From Ignavibacteriales bacterium (GTDB lineage Bacteria; Bacteroidota; Ignavibacteria; Ignavibacteriales; SURF-24), in contig JBLMZM010000053.1 in NCBI GenBank assembly GCA_050258815.1, positions 20,060-84,059 of the forward strand: 64,000 nt of DNA, written 5' to 3'. Numbering within the stretch: position 1 is the stretch's first letter; every line of letters begins with the position of its first letter. This document shows positions 17,935 to 27,377 of this stretch, one piece after another. Both the position numbers and the translations under genes were made by a program. The notes below the pieces were generated by a model. The model saw nothing but the letters and a program-made list of their open reading frames with translations. It did not search any database and was not told the DNA's origin.

Positions 17935-17955
17935 AGGAGGCCCGGCGGGCCTCCT
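17935..17955 (+). terminator. GC-rich hairpin after the YbaK-like gene
   Basis: AGGAGGCCC-GGC-GGGCCTCCT: a perfect 9-bp stem with a 3-nt loop and no U-tract. Confidence 0.35.
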
Positions 17956-18105
17956 GCGATAATACCTGAAAGGTATCATTCCCACCGTGTTATAAACAGG
18001 CTGCATTGCCCGATAAAGACTTACGCTTCATATTATATATGCAAAATTGCAATAAATAAATTATATTTCATGTAACAAATTTATATTTTCGGAGCATAAT
18101 TAATA

Positions 18106-18432
18106 ATGGAAGTAAATAACCTCTTTTCGGAAATACCGGATAATTTCCAGAAAGAAATTTTCGATATACTCATCCATAACAACAATCTGACACTTGAGAG
18201 AATCGTCTCCTGCGGCCAGGCTTCTCCTGAGGGAGAATGGTATGAGCAGGAAACCAATGAATGGGTTATACTGCTGGGCGGCTCGGCCGGGTTAATGTTT
18301 GAGGGTGAAAGCGAGGAAAAAGTGCTATATCCGGGTGATTATCTGCTGATTCCGGCAAATACAAAACACCGCATCGAGTGGACAGATAAAAAACAGAAGA
18401 CTGTCTGGCTTGCACTTCACTATATGGATTAA
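18106..18432 (+). CDS. cupin domain protein
   Basis: 108 aa. GEWYEQETNEWVILLGG...YPGDYLLIPANTKHRIEW is a typical small cupin barrel. Confidence 0.7.
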   Translation: MEVNNLFSEIPDNFQKEIFDILIHNNNLTLERIVSCGQASPEGEWYEQETNEWVILLGGSAGLMFEGESEEKVLYPGDYLLIPANTKHRIEWTDKKQKTVWLALHYMD

Positions 18433-18462
18433 AACGCCTTTTAAATTCAGGGAGACACATTC

Positions 18463-18645
18463 ATGCAGCTCAAGAGATCTAAAAATAAAATGATAGCCGG
18501 AGTGTGCGCCGGTATTGCTGAATGGTTGGGCTGGGACCCGACAATCGTGCGTATAGCCTACGTGCTCATTTCTATCTTCAGCGTTGCATTTCCCGGTATA
18601 CTCGTCTATCTGATCCTCTGGATTGTAATGCCCCAACAGGATTAG
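18463..18645 (+). CDS. PspC domain protein
   Basis: 60 aa. RSKNKMIAGVCAGIAEWLGWDPTIVRIAYVLISIF is the PspC domain signature, followed by a TM helix. Confidence 0.8.
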   Translation: MQLKRSKNKMIAGVCAGIAEWLGWDPTIVRIAYVLISIFSVAFPGILVYLILWIVMPQQD

Positions 18646-18685
18646 GACAGCAATAATAAAACCCGTATTGAAAATTTGCTTAATG

Positions 18686-18715
18686 AACCCGGAATCCTAT
18701 CCGGGTTTATTTTTG
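18686..18715 (+). terminator. intrinsic terminator after the PspC gene
   Basis: AACCCGGA (18686-18693) pairs with TCCGGGTT (18700-18707) around a 6-nt loop, followed by TATTTTT. Confidence 0.65.
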
Positions 18716-18913
18716 ATGAAGTGCCCTGATGGGAACATAATGCCATATTACTCTTGAATAAATGCATAATATTAAGCATTATACCTTAAGGGTTTTCTTC
18801 TTTGGTCTGGCCTTAACCATTACAAAATAAACCGCTCACTTTCGATAATGCAGAGGATAAAGAAACCACCTCCTTTCCTGCATAACCTTATGGGTGAGAG
18901 AATGGGATTTTAT

Positions 18914-19480
18914 ATGCATAGTTACAGATCAGCACTTATCACATTCCTTTTCCTGGTGCTTACCCCATCAGGACTTTTCGCCCAGACCGGATCGGCTGGC
19001 ATCGGAGCCTACGTTGGAGCCGGCACGATCAATGGCAACTCCCCTTCTATGACCAGCTTCTCAGCAAACATTTTTCTCGACTATACACCGGGCTTTACCC
19101 ATGGTACTGCACTCAGGCTGGGCGTATTATATGCCAGGAAAATTGAAGTGCTGCTGCCCTCGGGATTATACGACAGATACTACCCCTTTGTAAAAGGTGT
19201 ATCTCTGAAGGCCGTGATAAATCAGGTATTCAGGGATGTCGTTTATACTGAAGAAGCAATTGGACCCCTGTTATTGAATGACAGAATTTTCAGCGACGTT
19301 AATAAACTTGACGTGGGTCTTTGTTTTTCATTTTTGGCAGGGCTTGATTTAAGAGACACGGATAACACTGGATTTAAGAGCGGAATAGGAATCGAATACG
19401 GGTTAACATTTACCAACACATCAGCCTCGTATTTTTCAATCCACCTGCAGGGACAGTACTATTTTCTGCCCAGTTACTAA
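18914..19480 (+). CDS. hypothetical secreted protein, possibly an outer-membrane beta-barrel
   Basis: Signal peptide MHSYRSALITFLFLVLTPSGLFAQ. It has alternating Gly/aromatic-rich strands and ends in an aromatic residue (PSY). The start is uncertain (the ORF track begins at 18848; other ATGs are at 18890 and 18902). Confidence 0.45.
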   Translation: MHSYRSALITFLFLVLTPSGLFAQTGSAGIGAYVGAGTINGNSPSMTSFSANIFLDYTPGFTHGTALRLGVLYARKIEVLLPSGLYDRYYPFVKGVSLKAVINQVFRDVVYTEEAIGPLLLNDRIFSDVNKLDVGLCFSFLAGLDLRDTDNTGFKSGIGIEYGLTFTNTSASYFSIHLQGQYYFLPSY

Positions 19481-19507
19481 AAAAGGCGCCCTTTGGAGGC
19501 GCCTTTT
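19481..19507. terminator. bidirectional intrinsic terminator
   Basis: AAAAGGCGCC (19481-19490) pairs with GGCGCCTTTT (19498-19507) around a 7-nt loop. It lies between convergent genes, with an A-tract on one side and a T-tract on the other. Confidence 0.7.
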
Positions 19508-19536
19508 ATCTGTAATTCACCTATAGAAAGAACATC

Positions 19537-21765
19537 TTATTTCTTATCTGCACCTGCTTCCACTCTTACACTCTCCGGAAGCTTTCCTGCCCTTAATTCT
19601 TCACTCAGCCTGTCAGCCTTATACATGTCCTTTATTGCTTCAACCATCCCTTCGGAGTCAACGTTCAGGCAGCGGTTGGTCTCAGTTGTAAATATAAACT
19701 GTCCAGGCAGGCTTTCTATATTGCCATCGAATGCAAGTCCTACAATTTCCAGGTTTTTATTAACTACAGGACTTCCTGAGTTACCACCGATGATATCGTT
19801 GGTTGAAACAAAGCACATTGGTGTCTCAAGATTAAATTCTGCAGGTGGTTTCTGCCATCTGGCAGGCAGGTCCCATGGGGACTGTTTGTTGAAAGAATAA
19901 TATCTGTCGTACAAGCCGTAATAAGTTACCTTTGCCGGAGCCTTTGTACCATTATAGTCATAGCCTTTTACTACACCATCGGCTATTCTTAAGGTAAAGG
20001 TAGCATCAGGCGGAATTGACGTACCGAAAACTTCAAAGAGTGCCTGGCCAAGCAGTTCCACATTTACCTCTTCCTTGGTAGTAATCGCCTTTACCTTGCT
20101 GCGGATATCACTTAATTTGTCTGAGGTAGCCTGCAGGAAATAAATAAACGGATCATCAGAATTCAATATCTCGTTGGGTGACTTATTCAAAAGAGCAGTT
20201 AAAGCTTCTTTTGAGGTAAATGAGGAGTGGCTCAGCAGGTAATCAACAGCATCCTTGCCTTTTCTGCTGCCGAACATTTTCTGAACCAGTTCATTATTTT
20301 CACCTAAAACTGAGATTGTGTTGTCAACAAAGATCTTAGTAAGTTTTCTGTTCAGGTCCTGATCCATCTCTTCGGGATAAATCCCTGCTTTTGTGGAATC
20401 CAGATTTGCGTTTTTATATTTTGGTGATCTTTCACTCTCGGGAAGCTGCATCTGCTTTGCGTAGCTGATTACATCCCTGGCAACAGAGAAATATGCAGGG
20501 TAGAACATTGCATTGATATTATAGGCTGATAATTCTTTTGAATACTGCCTTACCTGATTTCTTGATTCTGTTATTGCGTCCCAGATGTGACCGTATTTAG
20601 CCTTAAGTTCTGGCTTTGCAAATACAGCAGCCTTGAATTTATTTTCAAAATCCTTTTTGCGGGCCATCAGAACCTGGTCGTTAAGTCCTTGTATGAGTCC
20701 GGTATAAACCTTCTGTGCATTTGAATAGCCGAATAATTTGTCTGCATATTTACTTTCAAGTTCAGGATGTTCCTTAATTGTCTGTGAATAAGCTTCAATT
20801 ATTCCGTTTAAGAGGTTAAGTGTAAGTGGATATGTAACATCGCGGAAATACTCGAGTTGTGAAACAGTATTAAGGCGGTTAGTTCTGCCGGGGTTACCAA
20901 TTACAAATATTGCCTCTCCTTCAGCAGCGCCCTTGGAGCTCCACTTGAAGTAATTATCGGTTTTTAACGGTTTGCCGTTATCATCATAGACACGGAAGAA
21001 TGTACAGTCGAGGTTATAACGGGGATATGTGAAATTATCATAATCTCCGCCGAAGAAACCGATCTGATTTTCCGGAGCAAATACCAGGCGAACATCTTTG
21101 TATCTCTTATAACCGTAGAGTGAATATTCACCTCCGCTGTATAGTGTTACAACTGATGTCTCAAGGCCGGTCTCTTTACTTGTCCTTTCCTGAATTTCAC
21201 TAATTTTATTTTTCTTATTGTTTATTTTTTCCTGGTCGGTTTTGCCTTCATTAATTGCATCCTGTACTTCCTTGGTTACGTCCCTGATCAAAACCAGCTG
21301 ATCAACGTATAAACCAGCTACCGGTCTTTCATCCTTGAGCGTAGGAGCAAAGAAACCTGTCTCATGCAGGTTTTCACCTTCGCGTGTTACTTCAGTTACA
21401 CTTTCACGCCCGCAGTGGTGGTTGGTCATTACGAGTCCGTCCTCAGATACAAAGGATGCTGAACAGTAACTTGCAAATCTGAGGGCTGACTTCCTTGCCT
21501 TCTCAAGCCACTCGTTCGTTGCAGTAAAACCATAAGCTTCCTGGAAATACTTTACAGGGGGATTATCGAAAGTCCACATCTTGCCGGTATCAAATCTTTG
21601 TGCTTTGACTGTATCCAGATTAATACCGTTCGTGGCAGTATTATTTGACGGTGCAGGAGTAGATTTGTCTGTTGTAGTGGTACTGGTGCTTGAGCAGCTG
21701 CTAAGGAACAGGGCAGACACTATGAAGCAACAGACCAGAATATGTTTACGAAGAAATTCAGTCAT
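19537..21765 (-). CDS. S46-family dipeptidyl-peptidase (DPP7/DPP11-like), lipoprotein
   Basis: TNHHCG (catalytic His) and GGNSGSPV (catalytic Ser) motifs. The ATG at 21765 gives the lipoprotein-like signal ...ALFLSSCSS. The ORF track extends to 21825. Confidence 0.85.
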   Translation of the reverse strand: MTEFLRKHILVCCFIVSALFLSSCSSTSTTTTDKSTPAPSNNTATNGINLDTVKAQRFDTGKMWTFDNPPVKYFQEAYGFTATNEWLEKARKSALRFASYCSASFVSEDGLVMTNHHCGRESVTEVTREGENLHETGFFAPTLKDERPVAGLYVDQLVLIRDVTKEVQDAINEGKTDQEKINNKKNKISEIQERTSKETGLETSVVTLYSGGEYSLYGYKRYKDVRLVFAPENQIGFFGGDYDNFTYPRYNLDCTFFRVYDDNGKPLKTDNYFKWSSKGAAEGEAIFVIGNPGRTNRLNTVSQLEYFRDVTYPLTLNLLNGIIEAYSQTIKEHPELESKYADKLFGYSNAQKVYTGLIQGLNDQVLMARKKDFENKFKAAVFAKPELKAKYGHIWDAITESRNQVRQYSKELSAYNINAMFYPAYFSVARDVISYAKQMQLPESERSPKYKNANLDSTKAGIYPEEMDQDLNRKLTKIFVDNTISVLGENNELVQKMFGSRKGKDAVDYLLSHSSFTSKEALTALLNKSPNEILNSDDPFIYFLQATSDKLSDIRSKVKAITTKEEVNVELLGQALFEVFGTSIPPDATFTLRIADGVVKGYDYNGTKAPAKVTYYGLYDRYYSFNKQSPWDLPARWQKPPAEFNLETPMCFVSTNDIIGGNSGSPVVNKNLEIVGLAFDGNIESLPGQFIFTTETNRCLNVDSEGMVEAIKDMYKADRLSEELRAGKLPESVRVEAGADKK

Positions 21766-22047
21766 AAATTTTCCGTTATAGTTTATAAAATTGAATATGT
21801 AGCTGAAAATTAATATAATTCTCATACCATTACAATTATAAATTTATGAATAAATTTCCTATTAATAAATTCCTAACGGCTGATGTATAACCCCCTGATT
21901 CAACAGTTTTACTATTAATTGGCGGGAAATATGAATATATCATTTGGCGTGTGAAATATGGAAGAATTCATCTGCTCACTTAAAACGGCAGCAAAGTCTG
22001 AACCTGTTCCTGACACCCTGACCCCGGGAATGTCTGAACCGGATTGT

Positions 22048-22284
22048 TCAGATATAGGATTCGGGTGTATAAAGGGGCTCAATTTCCCATTCGTCTTCAA
22101 TGGTACCGATACAATGGGAGCATTTTTCCACATAAAATACTGTTTTTTCTTCCTGCGCAGAGGCATGGACAAAATTGATCACTGTCTGACAGCTTGCACA
22201 CTGTACTACGTGTGATGTCTTTACTTTAGCACGACAAACAGGACACAAGTATCCCAGATCACCTGCTAGTTTATTGGGATCCAC
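22048..22284 (-). CDS. small zinc-ribbon-like protein (hypothetical)
   Basis: 78 aa with a GTG start. It has three CxxC pairs (CPVC, CASC, CSHC) and an acidic C-terminus. It is the only plausible ORF in a 700-bp gap, and I saw no clear RBS. Confidence 0.35.
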   Translation of the reverse strand: MDPNKLAGDLGYLCPVCRAKVKTSHVVQCASCQTVINFVHASAQEEKTVFYVEKCSHCIGTIEDEWEIEPLYTPESYI

Positions 22285-22533
22285 TAAATAGATTGAATTA
22301 CATCTGGTATTGTTGCACTTAACAAAATGTAATTTTGCTGTATCTTTGGGTTCGATTTTAGCCTCCGAATTTTTGTTTTAACAAAAGTAAAGACTTACCT
22401 AAATAATATCTATGTAAAAATTAGGGCTTACACCAATTTCCCCATACCATATTTTATCTTAAAAATTTGTTCTATAATGAAAAAGTATTATTTTAATTTA
22501 TTATTATTCTAAGCAGTCAATGAAGGAGAAACA

Positions 22534-23883
22534 ATGGAAAAAATCAACGGCTTTAAGGCTTATGACATCCGCGGTAAAGTACCAGGTGAATTAAACGAAG
22601 ACCTGGCCTATAAAATCGGAAGAGCTTACGGTAAACTTATTGGCGCAAAACACATCGTAATCGGCCATGATATAAGAAAATCCTCAGAACAGCTTTCCCA
22701 GGCTTTGGCTAAGGGACTGACTGACAGCGGAGTAAATGTAACCGACATAGGACTCTGCGGCACAGAAATGATATATTTCGGCACTCCGTTTCTGAATGCA
22801 GACGGCGGTATCATGATAACTGCAAGTCATAATCCGCCAGAGTATAATGGGATGAAGTTCGTTAAGAAGGGCTCGGTGCCGGTTGGTTATGATTCGGGTC
22901 TGAATGAATTGGAGAAAATGATACTGAATAATGATTTTGACCCTGTCAGCCAGGAAAAGGGGGAAATTACAAACCGGGACATAATGAGCGACTTTATCAG
23001 CAGCCTGCAGCATTTTTATGACCCGCAAAAAATAAAACCATTGAATGTGGTTGTCAATGGCGGAAACGGATGTGTTGGCCTTGCACTCGATGCAATTGAG
23101 AATAAGCTGCCCATAAAAATGCTCAAGGTCTTTACAGAACCCGATTCCAGTTTCCCGAACGGTGTTCCCAATCCACTGCTGCCCGAAAACAGACAGCCTA
23201 CAATTGATGCGGTCCTTAAAAATAAGGCAGATCTGGGAGTAGCATGGGACGGTGATTATGACCGCTGCTTCTTTTTTGACGAAAAGGGCAACTTTATTGA
23301 GGGTTATTACATAGTAGGACTCCTGGCAAAATCAATACTCAGGAAAAATCCCGGCGAAAAAATCGTTCATGATCCCCGCCTGGTGTGGAACACCGTGGAA
23401 GTGGTAAAAAAATCCGGGGGAATTCCTGTCGAATCTAAAAGCGGCCACGCCTACATAAAGGAAAAAATGCGCGAGGTTAATGCCATCTATGGCGGCGAAA
23501 TGTCGGCCCACCATTATTTCCGCGACAACTCCTATTCCGACAGCGGCATGATTCCTTTCCTGTTGGTGCTTCAGCTGATTTCTGAAGACAACAAACCCCT
23601 CTCGGCACTGGTGGAGGAAATGGTAAGCGATTATCCCTGCTCCGGGGAAATTAATACTACGATTGAGAATCCTGCGGCCAAGATCAAAGAGCTCGACTCG
23701 ATGTATGACGGGAAAAAGGAATATCTGGACGGACTGAGTGTGGAATTTAATGACTGGCGCTTTAACGTCAGAATGTCCAATACAGAACCCATTCTGCGCC
23801 TTAATGTGGAAAGCAGGCACAACATAGAACTCATGCACAATAAGACAAATGAGTTATTGGATATAATCAGGAATAAAAAGTGA
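22534..23883 (+). CDS. phosphomannomutase/phosphoglucomutase
   Basis: 449 aa. Active-site TASHNPPEYNGMKF, Mg-binding DGDYDRCFF, and the alpha-D-phosphohexomutase fold order. Confidence 0.9.
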   Translation: MEKINGFKAYDIRGKVPGELNEDLAYKIGRAYGKLIGAKHIVIGHDIRKSSEQLSQALAKGLTDSGVNVTDIGLCGTEMIYFGTPFLNADGGIMITASHNPPEYNGMKFVKKGSVPVGYDSGLNELEKMILNNDFDPVSQEKGEITNRDIMSDFISSLQHFYDPQKIKPLNVVVNGGNGCVGLALDAIENKLPIKMLKVFTEPDSSFPNGVPNPLLPENRQPTIDAVLKNKADLGVAWDGDYDRCFFFDEKGNFIEGYYIVGLLAKSILRKNPGEKIVHDPRLVWNTVEVVKKSGGIPVESKSGHAYIKEKMREVNAIYGGEMSAHHYFRDNSYSDSGMIPFLLVLQLISEDNKPLSALVEEMVSDYPCSGEINTTIENPAAKIKELDSMYDGKKEYLDGLSVEFNDWRFNVRMSNTEPILRLNVESRHNIELMHNKTNELLDIIRNKK

Positions 23884-23892
23884 ACTTTTTTT

Positions 23893-24168
23893 ATGCCCGA
23901 TGCGTCTAAAAAGATAAACTCCAATAAAAAGAGAAAGAAAATGAATCAGGAAAACGAAAAAGATATCGATATCAACAAAATCCTGCACAATAAGCTGAAA
24001 TCCATTTCTACGGATTCGCTTGAAACAGGCATTTCCAAGATCGTAACGGAACTGGTTGGCGAGGATTATAAGTGCAGCATTAGTAACATTAAATATACTT
24101 TGTTCAGCGGTGCAGAGTTTAACCTGAAGGTCGAGCTTTCATTAAAGTCTGAGGAAACACAGCTTTAA
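23893..24168 (+). CDS. hypothetical small protein
   Basis: 91 aa with a Lys-rich N-terminus and no motif I recognise. It may start at the internal Met (MNQENEKD). Confidence 0.35.
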   Translation: MPDASKKINSNKKRKKMNQENEKDIDINKILHNKLKSISTDSLETGISKIVTELVGEDYKCSISNIKYTLFSGAEFNLKVELSLKSEETQL

Positions 24169-24176
24169 TTTAATAT

Positions 24177-24212
24177 CTGCAGACGGCCCTGTATTCATCA
24201 GGCCGTCTGCAG
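24177..24212. terminator. bidirectional terminator hairpin
   Basis: CTGCAGACGGCC (24177-24188) pairs with GGCCGTCTGCAG (24201-24212): a 12-bp perfect stem with a 12-nt loop, between convergent genes. Confidence 0.65.
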
Positions 24213-24221
24213 TATTACTTT

Positions 24222-25370
24222 CTACCTGGTAATTTCTTTTAAGATGCTCACCACTTTATCGATTTCTTCCCTGGTGTTATAGAAGTGAGGAGAAAATCTT
24301 ACTATTCCTTCTCTTACTGCGGCCGTAATGTTCATCTCCAGAAGTCTGCCGAATATTTCCTGGGCTTTTTCAGACCTGAAACTTACTATTCCGGAAAGGT
24401 ATTTCCTTTCGACTCCCCTGAGTACCGGCTGAATTCCACTTTCTGACAATGAATTCATAAAATATTCAGTATTGTCCAGAATAGCCTGTGCTATTTTGTC
24501 ATGACCAAATTGTCTCATAAAATTGAGCGACCCATGCAGTGCGGCTATTCCAATGGCTGATACGGTTCCATTCTGAAATCTTTCGGCGCTGCTCCTTAGG
24601 GTAAGATTGAAGTCCAGAAGGTTCCATGCATCAACTACTGAGGTCCATCCAACATATTTTGGCTTTACCCTTTCCTGAAGTTCCTGGGTAATGAAGATGA
24701 AAGCTAATCCCTGCAGACCCATCATCCATTTCTGCGTGCCCGAGGCCAGAAAGTCAATTTTCATCTTTTCCACGTCAATCTCCAGCGCACCGGCCGACTG
24801 AATGGCGTCCACGCAAAAGACAATGCCCTTACTGCGGCACATTTCGCCAATTTTTTCAACATCGGCCCTGTAGCCCGAAAGGAACTGAACGTGGCTGATG
24901 GAAATTAGTTTTGTTTTTCCCGTTACGGCCGCCTCAATATCCTCATAGGAAACAATTCCATCGTGTGATTTAATAATGTCTATCTCCACGCCCTGGGTTT
25001 TCAGGTTAAGGAAGGGATAGATATTTGAGGGGAATTCTATGTCGTTTAGAATTATTCTGTCCCCGGTTCCAAGATCGAGTCCCTGGGCCAGGATGTTCAA
25101 TCCATTAGAAGTGTTGTCGACAAAGGCAAGTCTGTCCGGCTTTGCATTTATCATTTCCCCCAGCTTGTTCTTTGTGTCAATCACGACTTTCTGAAACTCA
25201 AGATAGTTTTCTATTTCGGTTTCGCTTCTTATATAAAGATAGTCATCCAGCTCTTTTACTATAGGAGTCGATAAAGGACTTATAGCGGCATGATTCATAT
25301 AAATCCTGCCGCTTTTTAAGTATGGATAATATTTCCTTGCCTCTGAGATCTGCATCAGTTTTCCTTTCAT
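24222..25370 (-). CDS. class V aminotransferase-fold PLP enzyme (cysteine desulfurase/selenocysteine lyase-like)
   Basis: 382 aa. Aminotransferase class V layout with the PLP-Lys context ASGTQKWMMG. It starts 4 nt after the OPT stop. Confidence 0.8.
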   Translation of the reverse strand: MKGKLMQISEARKYYPYLKSGRIYMNHAAISPLSTPIVKELDDYLYIRSETEIENYLEFQKVVIDTKNKLGEMINAKPDRLAFVDNTSNGLNILAQGLDLGTGDRIILNDIEFPSNIYPFLNLKTQGVEIDIIKSHDGIVSYEDIEAAVTGKTKLISISHVQFLSGYRADVEKIGEMCRSKGIVFCVDAIQSAGALEIDVEKMKIDFLASGTQKWMMGLQGLAFIFITQELQERVKPKYVGWTSVVDAWNLLDFNLTLRSSAERFQNGTVSAIGIAALHGSLNFMRQFGHDKIAQAILDNTEYFMNSLSESGIQPVLRGVERKYLSGIVSFRSEKAQEIFGRLLEMNITAAVREGIVRFSPHFYNTREEIDKVVSILKEITR

Positions 25371-25373
25371 TAA

Positions 25374-27359
25374 TTATTCCTGGGTCCTGGCTCTCAATGA
25401 ATCCCAGATCATATAAGCACAAATTATAGCAAACATCATTAATGCAATCAGCTCAGCAGAATTTGATTCCTGCCATTCACTGTTTACAAAATTAATGTTC
25501 TGGAAACGCAGGAACGCACTTACCACACCCATTAATGCACCACCGGCTATAAAGCCTGAGGCTATCAGTGTGCCGCGTTCTCTTCTTGCATTGTTGAGTT
25601 TTTCATCCTTGCTCCTGGTCGAAACAAAATGCGAGATCAGTCCACCTACCAAAAGCGGAGTATTTAACTCCAGAGGGATATACATTCCAAGTGCAAATGC
25701 CAGTGCAGGAACCCCCAGCATTGTAAGTATTAAAGACATAAAGGCACCGGCAATATAAAGCATCCAGGGTGCAGGCTGGTTCGACATCAAAGGTTTTATT
25801 ACTGCCGCCATGGCATTTGCCTGGGGAGCAACCAAAGCACCTTCGCCGCTAAAGCCATAAGTCTGATTCAATATAAGAATTACCCAGCCCACTGTGGCTG
25901 AAGCTACAACCGTACCCAGAAACTTGAATGTTTCCTGCTTGTATGGCGATGAACCGAGCCAGTAACCTATCTTTAAGTCTGTTATGAAACCGCCCGCCAT
26001 GGAAAGCGCCGTGCAAACCGTTCCTCCGATGATGAGGGCAGAAATCATTCCGGCCTCACCCGTCAAACCAACTGAAACCAGTACTATTGAAGAAAGTATA
26101 AGCGTCATGAGCGTCATGCCTGAAACAGGATTTGTACCCACTATTGCAATAGCATTTGCCGCAACAGTCGTAAAAAGGAATGATATTATCAGTACAATCA
26201 AAAGCCCTACGATTGCATGCGTCAGGTTACCAACAACACCCGTGAGGAAGAAGAGAAAAACAAGCACGGCTGTGACAAGAATACCGAGTACAATTATTGC
26301 CATCGGTAAATCCCTCTGCGTTCTTAGTTTTGAGGAATGCTCTCCCTTGCCGCCGAATATTTCCTTTACTGCCAGCGAGAATGCAGAAGCAATGATCTTT
26401 GATGAACGGATGATACCGATAATACCTGCCATTGCAATTCCGCCGATACCAATGTGGCGGACATATGATGAGAAGATCTGTTCTGCCGACATATCTTTTA
26501 TTAATAAGGTGACATTTACTCCTAAAGGCTGGGTAAGGGCATTGCCAATGTGATATACAATCGGAATAAGCACGTACCAGGAAACAAATGATCCGGCAGC
26601 AATAATTGCGGTGTACTTTAATCCCGTTATGTAACCGAGTCCCATCACAGCAGCACCCACGTTGATCCTGAATACAAGCTTGTAGTTATCGGCAACTTTC
26701 TGCCCAACTGCTACCACCCTGCTTGTAAATACCTCGCTCCACCATCCGAAAGTAGCAATAATGAAGTCGTAGACGCCTCCTATCAGACCGCTGATTACGA
26801 GTACAAATGCCTGTCCGCCGCCTTTTTCGCCGGCCACCAGCACCTCAGTTGTAGCAGTCGCCTCGGGGAACGGAAATTTTCCGTGCATTTCACCTACAAA
26901 ATACTTCCTGAAAGGGATCAGAAATAGGATTCCCAGAAACCCTCCGAACAGCGATGCCAGGAAGATCTGGAAGAACTGAACGTGCAGGTTCAATATATAA
27001 AGTGCAGGGATTGTAAAGATTGCACCCGCAACAATTACGCCCGAACTGGCGCCGATTGACTGAATAATAACATTTTCACCGAGGGCGTTCTTTCTTCTGA
27101 AAACCGTCGACAACCCTACGGCAATTATTGCAATCGGAATGGCAGCCTCAAACACCTGCCCGATCTTTAAACCCAGGTATGCTGCAGCTGCCGAAAAAAC
27201 AGCAGCCATTAACAATCCCCAGAATACCGACCATACTGTTACTTCAGGGTAAGCCCTGGAAGGTGACATTACAGGTATATATTCTTCACCCGGTTTTAAT
27301 TCCTTGTAAGCATTTTCCGGCAATCCGCCGCCGTTTGCAGAAACGTTAGCTTCACTCAT
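25374..27359 (-). CDS. OPT-family oligopeptide transporter
   Basis: 661 aa and polytopic. The Gly-rich TM pattern and overall length are typical of bacterial OPT superfamily transporters. Confidence 0.85.
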   Translation of the reverse strand: MSEANVSANGGGLPENAYKELKPGEEYIPVMSPSRAYPEVTVWSVFWGLLMAAVFSAAAAYLGLKIGQVFEAAIPIAIIAVGLSTVFRRKNALGENVIIQSIGASSGVIVAGAIFTIPALYILNLHVQFFQIFLASLFGGFLGILFLIPFRKYFVGEMHGKFPFPEATATTEVLVAGEKGGGQAFVLVISGLIGGVYDFIIATFGWWSEVFTSRVVAVGQKVADNYKLVFRINVGAAVMGLGYITGLKYTAIIAAGSFVSWYVLIPIVYHIGNALTQPLGVNVTLLIKDMSAEQIFSSYVRHIGIGGIAMAGIIGIIRSSKIIASAFSLAVKEIFGGKGEHSSKLRTQRDLPMAIIVLGILVTAVLVFLFFLTGVVGNLTHAIVGLLIVLIISFLFTTVAANAIAIVGTNPVSGMTLMTLILSSIVLVSVGLTGEAGMISALIIGGTVCTALSMAGGFITDLKIGYWLGSSPYKQETFKFLGTVVASATVGWVILILNQTYGFSGEGALVAPQANAMAAVIKPLMSNQPAPWMLYIAGAFMSLILTMLGVPALAFALGMYIPLELNTPLLVGGLISHFVSTRSKDEKLNNARRERGTLIASGFIAGGALMGVVSAFLRFQNINFVNSEWQESNSAELIALMMFAIICAYMIWDSLRARTQE

Positions 27360-27377
27360 ACTCGATCTTCTCCTTCG

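Noticed and set aside
22348-22360. GGGTTCGATTTTA, which resembles a tRNA T-loop.
   Set aside because: No complementary T-stem, acceptor stem or anticodon arm can be drawn around it. I found no tRNA anywhere in the window.
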